Source: Promethearchaeia archaeon (lineage in GTDB: Archaea > Asgardarchaeota > Lokiarchaeia > Sigyniarchaeales > SOKP01). Taken from it: DNA of 64,000 nt. Within the stretch, counting starts at the first letter, position 1. Every line of letters begins with the position of its first letter. Shown here in pieces: positions 18,024-26,810 of the stretch. Location: NCBI GenBank assembly GCA_029856145.1, contig JAHQWK010000001.1:1-64000 (forward strand), given 5' to 3'. The position numbers were made by a program, and so were the translations under genes. The notes beneath the pieces were generated by a model. The model made no database searches, was not told where the DNA came from, and saw only the letters and a program-made list of their open reading frames with translations.

Positions 18024-18452
18024 ATGCCTAAACCTATAACTCCACTTCTTACTGTTGATGCGGTCATTCTGGTAAATAATGAAAAAGATTTAGTTCTAAT
18101 TCAAAGAAAGAATCCTCCTTTCCAAGGAGAGTTAGCATTACCAGGGGGGTTTGTTGATATAGGAGAAACTGTAGAAGAAGCGTGTACTAGGGAAGCATAT
18201 GAAGAAACTAATATTAATGTGAAAATTCTAAAACTTATAGGAGTCTTCTCTGATCCAAACAGAGACCCTAGAGGACATAATATCAGTGTGGCATTTCTTT
18301 GCGAACCAAAAACAAAAAATGAAAGACCAAAAGCAAAAGATGACGCTGCTGCGTTAGAAATGGTACCTTTAATAAAAATTTCTTCTTTAAAATTAGCTTT
18401 CGATCACATGAAAATTATTAAAAGTTCAGGGATTTTAAATTACTCAGATTAA
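18024..18452 (+). CDS. NUDIX hydrolase
   Basis: PGGFVDIGETVEEACTREAYEETN Nudix box, RDPR; start moved to ATG 18024. Confidence 0.9.
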   Translation: MPKPITPLLTVDAVILVNNEKDLVLIQRKNPPFQGELALPGGFVDIGETVEEACTREAYEETNINVKILKLIGVFSDPNRDPRGHNISVAFLCEPKTKNERPKAKDDAAALEMVPLIKISSLKLAFDHMKIIKSSGILNYSD

Positions 18453-18457
18453 TCCTC

Positions 18458-18880
18458 TTATCTTTTTTCTATAATTTCATAGAGATTTTGAAAGGAATCT
18501 TTAATAAAAAGATAGTATCCATCACCATCTTTCCTTGGAACTTTCACCACATCAAAACCCATTGAGGATGCTTTATCAACAAATTCATCACGATTTTCTA
18601 TTACTAAACAGGAATGAGTAAAAACATCTTTAGCTTTACTCTTGTCATTAGTTATAAATACTTCGAAATTCGAATCTCTATTTCCATATCTAACAAATTT
18701 GTGTTCTCTTTTTACACCAAAGAATTTTTCCATCAAATCAGGGGGAACAGATTTCGATCGGATTTTTTTAAGCCCTAGCAATTCAATAAAAAATTCATCA
18801 GATTCTTCTTCTGAATTGTATCCTACTGCTATATGTTCAATTCTCATTTTTTTCACCTTTTTCCAAAGAAATTTATACAT
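18458..18880 (-). CDS. VOC/glyoxalase-family protein (likely start MRIEH at ~18847)
   Basis: IEHIAV...FFIELLG...HSCLVI...FIKDSFQNLYEI. Confidence 0.75.
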   Translation of the reverse strand: MYKFLWKKVKKMRIEHIAVGYNSEEESDEFFIELLGLKKIRSKSVPPDLMEKFFGVKREHKFVRYGNRDSNFEVFITNDKSKAKDVFTHSCLVIENRDEFVDKASSMGFDVVKVPRKDGDGYYLFIKDSFQNLYEIIEKR

Positions 18881-18954
18881 AAAAATCTAGAATAATTTTA
18901 TTTAATCTCTCATAAATATATATATCATTTTGTAAATTCAAATAAAAAAAATTA

Positions 18955-19410
18955 GTGGGCAATAATATGAAAATTAATGAAACAGTACGAATAATAGCTG
19001 GATCTTTATGTATTTTAGTAGCAATAATACGTATCTTATTCATCTTTTTCGATTTAGGTGGAGCAATGATTTATTCATTTCTCCTTCTTGATCCAAATCA
19101 GGTAGTAAATATTTTTGAAGCTCTAATAATAATTATTTTCGCACTTTTTATGTCGATCATTGCTACTATATTTTCCGTAATAGTGTACACTGTCTTAGGA
19201 ATACTTCAAATTGCATTGAGAAAACAAAAAACACCGAGTATTATATGTACAGTTTTTAGCTCCATAAGCATTGTATTAAGTATTAGAGCTACAATTCTTT
19301 TAGCTAGTATAAATGAGTTTGACATATTTATTACAATTTTAATGATTATGTATATCGTGATTCTATCTCTCTGTATCGTTTCATACATAAAATTTAGAAA
19401 ACAAGATTAA
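18955..19410 (+). CDS. Hypothetical 4-TM membrane protein
   Basis: Hydrophobic segments. Confidence 0.6.
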   Translation: MGNNMKINETVRIIAGSLCILVAIIRILFIFFDLGGAMIYSFLLLDPNQVVNIFEALIIIIFALFMSIIATIFSVIVYTVLGILQIALRKQKTPSIICTVFSSISIVLSIRATILLASINEFDIFITILMIMYIVILSLCIVSYIKFRKQD

Positions 19411-19603
19411 AAGAATAAAGCCTTCTTGAGTAAATTATCAAGGAGCTATTAATTACTTTTTTTTTATAAATTTAATTAAATAGAATCTGTACTATTGCTA
19501 TGTTATCGCATCTGATTTTTTGTTTAAAATTTAAAAATTGTTAGGTTATAATATTATTAATAGTCAAAAAAAAAAAAATAGAATAAGGTTAGGTATTTAG
19601 TGG

Positions 19604-20473
19604 ATGACTGAAGTATCTGAAACAGAATTTCTAAATAAAATTTTAGAGGTTGTATATAAGCTCTCAAACATAGTAAAAACCCAATCTCCTCGTTTTAAGA
19701 AAAAATGGGATAATTATTTAAAACCTCTAAATGAAAAACCTCATATAATCCGCCAAATACCACTTGAAAAAAAAAAGTTTTTAGATGATATTAATTACAG
19801 AATTAAAGTCTTAAAAAACGTTGAACAAGCAACTCTTGATGGTTTTTATTCAGTAAAAACATTACTACAAACCTTTTATGGTTCATATTTTGATTCTGAA
19901 TTATTTAAAAAAGATTTCTCTGAAGATGATCAATTAATCCTAAAATATTTTGTTGCAAAAGAGATTTTAGGTAATCTAATACAATATAATAAATTAGATC
20001 ATGAATCTGTTCCTTTGAAATACAATGTAATTGCCAGAAATTACACATTGATCAAATTAAAAGGCCAAATGAATATTGAAATTCTAGATAGTTTGAAGAA
20101 ATTAAATATAAAAGATGTAAAATTGGCTGATGTAAATAATATTATGAAAGAAATTGAATCAGATGGAATTATTAAAATCGAAAAAAAGGGTAAAAGATTT
20201 CATTATAAATTGAAAAAAGAACTAGAGATAAGTAAAGAGGGAAAAAAATACTATAGTCAAGTACTCCAGCCACTCGTTGATTTTCCCACTTTATTCTTTC
20301 GTAGCTTCTTCAATATCAGAGAATTAAATGTTACTCTTGATAAAGATTTTAAGTTTCGTGATTTCTTGCTTAAAGTATTGGCTAAATCAGCCACTCAAGG
20401 TTTCTCTCCAACTAATTACGTCTTTAAAAATTTAATCAAATATTATGAAAAGATTCAGGAAGAGTCTAAATAA
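19604..20473 (+). CDS. Hypothetical protein with possible C-terminal winged helix
   Basis: Long clean ORF; VNNIMKEIESDGIIKIEK wing-like segment. Confidence 0.6.
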   Translation: MTEVSETEFLNKILEVVYKLSNIVKTQSPRFKKKWDNYLKPLNEKPHIIRQIPLEKKKFLDDINYRIKVLKNVEQATLDGFYSVKTLLQTFYGSYFDSELFKKDFSEDDQLILKYFVAKEILGNLIQYNKLDHESVPLKYNVIARNYTLIKLKGQMNIEILDSLKKLNIKDVKLADVNNIMKEIESDGIIKIEKKGKRFHYKLKKELEISKEGKKYYSQVLQPLVDFPTLFFRSFFNIRELNVTLDKDFKFRDFLLKVLAKSATQGFSPTNYVFKNLIKYYEKIQEESK

Positions 20474-20503
20474 CCCCAATTAGAATTAGTAGATTCACTA
20501 ATA

Positions 20504-21379
20504 TTAGAACTCTTTCGTTTTCTTTATTGGAATATTTAGTTCTTCTAAAAGAGGGATTAAATGTTTTTTATCTTCAGAATTCGTTCCTTTCCAATCAATT
20601 ATAAAGTAATCAACTTTTTCAGAAGTGTTATCAATCATTTTCTTAATTAACTCGTTATTCAATCCTTGAATATAATACTTTGGGCATATAAACGACATGG
20701 CAATATTTTTGTTCCTAATTAATCTATGAAAATTTGGTGCGTAATGTGTTCCACCAAAACCTAATCCTATTATTTGACTACATTCTTTTTTAAGTTGAAT
20801 AAATTTATAAATTGTGTTAATAATTGCGTTTGTTAATAACTCACCGGCGTCATTAATTTGCCATTCCTCCTTGCTACTCCCTAATTCTATGAATATTAAA
20901 GGTTTATCTAATTTTGTGGGACCATGATGAGTTACTTCAATATCAAGTGAAAATTGTGTTAATAATGGAGAAAATTTTTGCTCTATCAATGAGATAAATC
21001 CTGCTTTATGAAGTAATGCACTTGTTTTTGATAATTCCAGAGGATCTCCGCCAAAATCTGCATTTTCACTCCAATTTCCAGTTGTATGAACTAAAAACGC
21101 TGGTCGAGCAGTTTTTGATGTATGTCGGCTTGCAAAAATAAGACTATCGGGCTTCAATTCTGATTCATCTAACTTTAAATCATTCAAAAAAATGAGATGT
21201 TCTCTTGTTAAACCAAGAAATATTTCATTTTCAGTTAGATTGCTTTTGAGTTTGAAAACTGGATGATTATGCCAGCTGAAATCAACTTTTTCAAATTCAA
21301 AAAATTGAGAGTTTAAAAATTTATCACGAATATTCATTGAAGCCTTATCTTCTGTTGAGGTGATTATTAAGAATTGAAT
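20504..21379 (-). CDS. dtdA: D-aminoacyl-tRNA deacylase (archaeal DTD2), extended to ATT start at 21379
   Basis: IFASRH, VHTTGN, EVTHHGPT, FIELGS, GFGGTHYAP; conserved N-terminal strand IITSTEDKASMNI lies upstream of the ATG. Confidence 0.9.
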   Translation of the reverse strand: MQFLIITSTEDKASMNIRDKFLNSQFFEFEKVDFSWHNHPVFKLKSNLTENEIFLGLTREHLIFLNDLKLDESELKPDSLIFASRHTSKTARPAFLVHTTGNWSENADFGGDPLELSKTSALLHKAGFISLIEQKFSPLLTQFSLDIEVTHHGPTKLDKPLIFIELGSSKEEWQINDAGELLTNAIINTIYKFIQLKKECSQIIGLGFGGTHYAPNFHRLIRNKNIAMSFICPKYYIQGLNNELIKKMIDNTSEKVDYFIIDWKGTNSEDKKHLIPLLEELNIPIKKTKEF

Positions 21380-21497
21380 AACTTTTCACCAAAGAATTAT
21401 AATTTTACGAACTTATTAATCAAAATCAACATAGAATTTTATATTTTATAGTCAATATCTTAAAACTTTAATAATTTCAAAAACAATAACATTAGTA

Positions 21498-22460
21498 ATG
21501 ACGGAGAATCTAATAGTAGTCTTAGTCCTTTCTTTTACTTTTGGGTTTTTCTTCTTTATTGCTGATTATTATGAACATAAAATCATTCAATTACACGCAT
21601 CATTTATAGCAGGAATATCAGTAGCTTACTTTTTCCTTATTGTTCTTCCTGAGATTGCACTGAGATTACCAGAAGCTCCTTTTGATTTAACTTTGTTAGA
21701 ATATATCTTCGTACTTGTAGGATTTACTTTTGTTCATATAACAGAAAAATTCATTTTACAAAAGGTTGAAAGTAAAACACAGAAAAAAATGCGAAAATTG
21801 CTTGAGAAAGAAAAGATACTTGAAAGTGTTGAGCGAAATATGGAAAAAATTCTTACTGAAGAATTAACCCATGAGAATCTAGATGAAATTGCATTGAAAG
21901 ATATTGCTCAAACCTTATCTTCCCTAAATGACAAAGAAGAAGCAATGAACATTGAAATTAATAATTATAAAATTAAAATTCAAAATCGAATTAACAAAGA
22001 ATTGAGGAGGTTCAGATTTTTTACGGATTATATTTATCATTTTCTTGTAGGTATCATTTTAATAGGACTTTTAAGAATTGAATTAGTAGGGGGGATTCTC
22101 TTTTTCATATACGCTTTTCTCAGAACTGTTATAACAAAAAGATCTGAAGCACATCTTATATTCACCGATTTAGAAATCTATGAGGAAGTAAAATACGACG
22201 AAAGAATTACTATTAAATGTATTCTAGGGGCTTCAGCTTTAACCGGGATCATTATAGGGTTAATTATTAATTCAATCTTTCTACCTAATTTAGAACTCTT
22301 ATTTATCTTCTATTCCTTTATCTCTGGCGTGATTTTATATGTTATTGTAAGGGAAGTTATTCCTGAAAAAGAGAAAGGAGATCCATTGAAATTTCTTATT
22401 GGCTTAGTAGGATTCGCTGTAGTAATAATTGTTATCAATATTTTTACTAAAGTATTATAA
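21498..22460 (+). CDS. ZIP/ZupT-like membrane protein with cytoplasmic coiled-coil insert
   Basis: AGISVAYFFLIVLPE and SGVILYVIVREVIPE ZIP-like TM motifs. Confidence 0.6.
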   Translation: MTENLIVVLVLSFTFGFFFFIADYYEHKIIQLHASFIAGISVAYFFLIVLPEIALRLPEAPFDLTLLEYIFVLVGFTFVHITEKFILQKVESKTQKKMRKLLEKEKILESVERNMEKILTEELTHENLDEIALKDIAQTLSSLNDKEEAMNIEINNYKIKIQNRINKELRRFRFFTDYIYHFLVGIILIGLLRIELVGGILFFIYAFLRTVITKRSEAHLIFTDLEIYEEVKYDERITIKCILGASALTGIIIGLIINSIFLPNLELLFIFYSFISGVILYVIVREVIPEKEKGDPLKFLIGLVGFAVVIIVINIFTKVL

Positions 22461-22609
22461 ATCGATATATCACTTCTCAACTTCAGTTCATTAAAACAAT
22501 AAATTTCTTATAAATTAGAATATAGAGACGAAATACTCTTTATTTCAATAACTGTACTCTTTATAAAAATTTAAATTCATTAAAACTAAGTTTAAATTAT
22601 TGCGAGGTT

Positions 22610-23173
22610 ATGAATTTTATGGATATGAAGAAAAAAAGTTTTAATGAAATTTTATCAATTGATAATGATGATAAAAAAATCATCGAAATGATTGAAAAAG
22701 ATCCTGGTATAACCCATAGCGATATTGCTAAAGAAATTGAAAAGTCACAGCCTGCTGTAGGCGCCCGAATTATTAAATTGGAAAGAAAACATCTTATAAC
22801 TAAACAAGTTGGATTCAATATTAAGAAAGTTGATATAAAAGTTGCTATAGTTTATGTTTCTACTAAAGATGTTGATGAGATTGTTCATAAGATTGAAAAT
22901 TGCCCTTTTATTAATCATGCTTTCAAAATCTCAGGAGAATTTAATGTACTCTGCTTTATTGCTGCGTCAGACCTACAAACCATTGAAAAACTTGTGGATT
23001 TGTGTTTTAGAAGGGATAAAAATGTTATAAACGTAAAAACCAACATTATAATTGAGTCTATTCATGACTTTGTAGTTCCAATTGATTTTCAGATTGAGGA
23101 TTTCGATGGAAGATATTGCGGACCAGGTTGTAACATGGCTGAAGATCTATCAAAGTTTAAATTCAGTCAATAA
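22610..23173 (+). CDS. Lrp/AsnC-family regulator with Cys-rich tail
   Basis: HTH THSDIAKEIEKSQPAVGARI, RAM domain, tail YCGPGC. Confidence 0.85.
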   Translation: MNFMDMKKKSFNEILSIDNDDKKIIEMIEKDPGITHSDIAKEIEKSQPAVGARIIKLERKHLITKQVGFNIKKVDIKVAIVYVSTKDVDEIVHKIENCPFINHAFKISGEFNVLCFIAASDLQTIEKLVDLCFRRDKNVINVKTNIIIESIHDFVVPIDFQIEDFDGRYCGPGCNMAEDLSKFKFSQ

Positions 23174-23245
23174 AATCATGATAAAATAGATTAAGTGCTT
23201 TCTTTTTAATACTTGTAAATATCGGAAAGAAAAAAGATTAAACTA

Positions 23246-23785
23246 TCAAATTAATCCGTTAGCTTTTGCGAGTTTAACCTTACATTTTTTTCCGCATCCA
23301 TCTTCCAAAGTAGGATCATGATCTTCAGAATCAAAATCAATTGGTAGAATGAAATCCTTAGCAATATCAAGAACGATTTCCATGGAAACACTGCTTATTT
23401 GAGAGTTATTTCGAAAATGATAATTAACAATATTATCAAGCTTTTGAAGTTTTGAACTAGCGAGTAAGATGCAAACGTTATGCTCCCCTGAGAGTTTAAA
23501 CGCGTTGAGCATAAAAGGACAGTGCTTAGCCATGTCCATAATTTCTTCTGGATTCTTAGTTTTTATCTCAACAGTCGCGAGATTTAAATCTACTTTCTTA
23601 AAATTAATCCCCGGCTGGAATTGCAGAATTCCATTTTTTTCCAGCTTTTTTATGCGCATACCAACAGTTGGTTGTGATCTGTTTATTTTTGTAGCAATCT
23701 CTGTATGTGTAAGGTTAGGATCTTCTTGAACAAGAGTTATTATTTGCCTATCAATATCATCGAGCTTTAATTTTTCTGATATCAT
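23246..23785 (-). CDS. Lrp/AsnC-family regulator with Cys-rich tail
   Basis: LDDIDRQII, SQPTVGMRI, tail GCGKKC. Confidence 0.85.
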   Translation of the reverse strand: MISEKLKLDDIDRQIITLVQEDPNLTHTEIATKINRSQPTVGMRIKKLEKNGILQFQPGINFKKVDLNLATVEIKTKNPEEIMDMAKHCPFMLNAFKLSGEHNVCILLASSKLQKLDNIVNYHFRNNSQISSVSMEIVLDIAKDFILPIDFDSEDHDPTLEDGCGKKCKVKLAKANGLI

Positions 23786-23932
23786 ATTATTCTCATTAAG
23801 TGTTTTTTTTCACTTCTAATTATGTTATAACTTTAACAATTTATAAAATATTAGGATGAATTTATAAAAAATTAGTATTTGTTATTATAAGTTCTAAACA
23901 CAATATAATAAAGGAATTTTTTCTTGATTTAA

Positions 23933-24619
23933 TTAAAAATCCGACAATGGAATTTTCTTATGATAGAAGATTGTATTTCCATCAAAACTGACTTGAACAG
24001 GGATAATTTTAATCCCTCTTTTTCTTGCTTCACTTAATCTTTTTGAAAATTTAGGATCCATTTCCCAGTTTGGAGCAAAACTTTCTGCTCTACGTACAAT
24101 TAATAATAGAATAATACCATTATGTTCAATAATTTCTTTTACATGTCTTGCCCCACGTTCGGTAGGAGCGTCAGGAAAAAGAGAAAGACCATCTTTGACC
24201 AACGAAACACCTTTTACTTCTAATGGTACACCATCAAGAACAAAATCGATTCTACTATTTCCAATTTTAACTTCTTTCCTAATTTCTTTCACTTTAGAAA
24301 ATTCAGGTAAATACTCGAAAATTTTCATGGCAATCTTAGAATGTAAAGCTGTGTCTATAAGTACCCACTCATCATTAGTTTTAACAGCTTTTATATAATA
24401 TTTTAATTTACCTTTCGAATGTGTAAATAAGACCTCAGCACCTTCAATAAGTAATTCTTTTAATCTACCCGGATCATGAATGTGAGCGTTTTCGATACGT
24501 CTCTTATATTTAATTTCCCCGATAAATCTATTAGGTCTTGAGATAAATGTCCCTTTCATTAGATTTGGAATTTCAAAAAGCGCTTTTTTAGCATTATTCA
24601 TGTATGATATTTTATCCAT
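23933..24619 (-). CDS. sfsA: SfsA-family DNA/RNA nuclease-fold protein
   Basis: RPNRF, HDPGRLKEL, SRIDF, EVKG, FPDAPTERG. Confidence 0.9.
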   Translation of the reverse strand: MDKISYMNNAKKALFEIPNLMKGTFISRPNRFIGEIKYKRRIENAHIHDPGRLKELLIEGAEVLFTHSKGKLKYYIKAVKTNDEWVLIDTALHSKIAMKIFEYLPEFSKVKEIRKEVKIGNSRIDFVLDGVPLEVKGVSLVKDGLSLFPDAPTERGARHVKEIIEHNGIILLLIVRRAESFAPNWEMDPKFSKRLSEARKRGIKIIPVQVSFDGNTIFYHKKIPLSDF

Positions 24620-24722
24620 CAGTATAAATTATAATAAGTCTAATTTTCTTCCAAAATTAATAGATTTTATTATAGAATATAACCTTAATAGATAAAAAGA
24701 GTTTTTTATTTGATTAATTATA

Positions 24723-24962
24723 ATGTGTGTAGCAGAAGATCAAGCTAATATTGATAGCTATAAATTTCATCATATTGATACTTCAAAATGTGTTCAATGC
24801 CAAGATTTTTCCTGCGAGGAAGCTTGCTTTAGAGGTATTTATGAAGTTATTAATAAACAAACTACTCCTAAATGTATTGTGGTGCAAGATCGTGAGGATA
24901 GGTGTGTAAAGTGCCACATCTGTACAACCACATGTAAATATCGAGCTATTACAATTGATTAA
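24723..24962 (+). CDS. 2x[4Fe-4S] ferredoxin
   Basis: CVQCxxxxCEEAC and CVKCHICTTTC. Confidence 0.85.
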   Translation: MCVAEDQANIDSYKFHHIDTSKCVQCQDFSCEEACFRGIYEVINKQTTPKCIVVQDREDRCVKCHICTTTCKYRAITID

Positions 24963-25046
24963 TCTCTTATAAGATTTATTTAAATTTTGTTGGAGATTTT
25001 ATTTGGTATATGAAAGATTAAAAAAGTTTAGATTAATAAAGGGAAT

Positions 25047-25559
25047 TTAACAAGTAAATTTTCCACAACAAGTTCCTTTAAAATTAATTTGACCATATTC
25101 AAGATTCAAATCTATTGGTAAAACGAAATCGCCTGTAACATCTTCAATAATATCCATATGAACATTAATAACTTCTGCATTGCCTCGAAAATGATGATTT
25201 ACTACATGATCGAGTTCCTTTACTGATAAACCTACCATTAAAACGCTGATATTTGTATTTCCGCTCAATCTAAACGCTGTAAGCATGAAAGGACAGTCTT
25301 TTACAATAGTAAATATCTTTCTTGGATTTTTTGTTTGGAGTTCAACTCTAGCAAAACAGAGGTCCGCTACTTTGATATTTATACCTGCCTGATATTTTAA
25401 AACACCTAATTTTACTAATTTTTTAATACGCATTCCTACAGTGGGCTGACTACGATTTACATGCTGCGCAATTTCAGTATGTGTGAGATTCGGCTCTCTT
25501 TGAATTAAATCCATTATTCTACAATCAACTTCATCAATTCCTATTTTTTCGCTTATCAT
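25047..25559 (-). CDS. Lrp/AsnC-family regulator with Cys-rich tail
   Basis: Paralog of 23246..23785; tail TCCGKFTC. Confidence 0.85.
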   Translation of the reverse strand: MISEKIGIDEVDCRIMDLIQREPNLTHTEIAQHVNRSQPTVGMRIKKLVKLGVLKYQAGINIKVADLCFARVELQTKNPRKIFTIVKDCPFMLTAFRLSGNTNISVLMVGLSVKELDHVVNHHFRGNAEVINVHMDIIEDVTGDFVLPIDLNLEYGQINFKGTCCGKFTC

Positions 25560-25600
25560 TTCCTTTACCTTTTAATATTAAAAAATAGATTAATATTCAC

Positions 25601-25628
25601 ATATCGCGATATAACGATATTACGATAG
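25601..25628. promoter_or_regulatory. Putative operator between divergent lrp and arsR genes
   Basis: Perfect palindrome ATATCGCGATAT (25601-25612) plus CGATA repeated with 8-nt period. Confidence 0.5.
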
Positions 25629-25730
25629 CATAATATTTAAATCTTTGTGATTTTCGTATTAATAATGAATTATTAATATTCCATTAAAACAAGCTTTAAA
25701 AACTAGTAAAAAGAATAAACTAATAAATCG

Positions 25731-26066
25731 ATGAGCGAATTAAGAAAATATATGGTTGAGTTTTTAAAAGTATTAGCAGATGCAACAAGATTAGAAATCT
25801 TGGATCTTTTAAGAAACAGTGAAAAAAACTCAGCAGAAATTCAAAAAGAACTGAGGAGATCTCAATCAACCATTTCCAAACATCTCAATATGCTTTTTGA
25901 GAATAATTTAATAAGTTTTGAAAGAAAAGAAAATATAAGATACTACAAAATAAAAAATATGAATATTTTCAATTTGCTCTCAAATATAAACTTGATAGTT
26001 ACGGATATTAACAAAGAAAAACTTAAAGATTTATGGGATGTTGATATATACGACACGTTGTCTTAA
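25731..26066 (+). CDS. ArsR/SmtB-family regulator
   Basis: FLKVLADATRLEIL...SQSTISKHL. Confidence 0.9.
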   Translation: MSELRKYMVEFLKVLADATRLEILDLLRNSEKNSAEIQKELRRSQSTISKHLNMLFENNLISFERKENIRYYKIKNMNIFNLLSNINLIVTDINKEKLKDLWDVDIYDTLS

Positions 26067-26108
26067 TTTTTTTAATTTTATCCTACTATAAATCACTTTA
26101 AAACAATT

Positions 26109-26657
26109 ATGAAACCAATAGAAGTCAATGGCTCAAAAGCTCCTGTAAGAAAATTAGTTTTAATTGGATTGGACAACAGTGGAAAAACCTCAATTTTAAA
26201 ATGTTTAAAAGGAATTAAGGGTTTATCAGCCTTTAATTCTCCAATGCCCACAAAAGGTGTTGATGTTCAAGAATTTAAAGCATTAAATTCAAAATATGCA
26301 ATTTGGGATCTTGGTGGTCAAAAAGCATACCTTGATGACTTTTTTAGGGACGTTAAGAAATATATAAAGGGAACTAATAAAATCATTTACATTATTGATA
26401 TTCAAGATGTAAGACGTTATAGTATTTCGCTAGAATATCTCAAAAAAGTAGTAAATTCAATTGATAAACAAAATGGTATTGATTTTTCTGTTTTTCTTCA
26501 TAAATTTGATCCAGACTTGGTATTTGATATTGATTTAAATGAAAAAGTAATTGTGAATCTTATTAAAAATATTAAAGAGATTTTTCCTCCAAAATTTGAA
26601 TATTCCATAAATAAAACTACAATCTACGCTATCTTTGAAAAAAATCTAGTTGTATAG
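26109..26657 (+). CDS. Small GTPase, Arf/Rag-like
   Basis: G1 GLDNSGKTS, G2 PT, G3 WDLGGQ, G4 HKFD. Confidence 0.9.
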   Translation: MKPIEVNGSKAPVRKLVLIGLDNSGKTSILKCLKGIKGLSAFNSPMPTKGVDVQEFKALNSKYAIWDLGGQKAYLDDFFRDVKKYIKGTNKIIYIIDIQDVRRYSISLEYLKKVVNSIDKQNGIDFSVFLHKFDPDLVFDIDLNEKVIVNLIKNIKEIFPPKFEYSINKTTIYAIFEKNLVV

Positions 26658-26810
26658 ATGATTTTTAATATAACTTTTTTTATATTAAATAAGATGGATT
26701 TTTTAAATTATTAATATTAAAAATATTAATTATTATCGAATATAAGTATTATATTTTCTTCAGTTAGTCTTATGGTGTCGTAAGAAGATAAAAATGAAAT
26801 CCCAAGTCGA

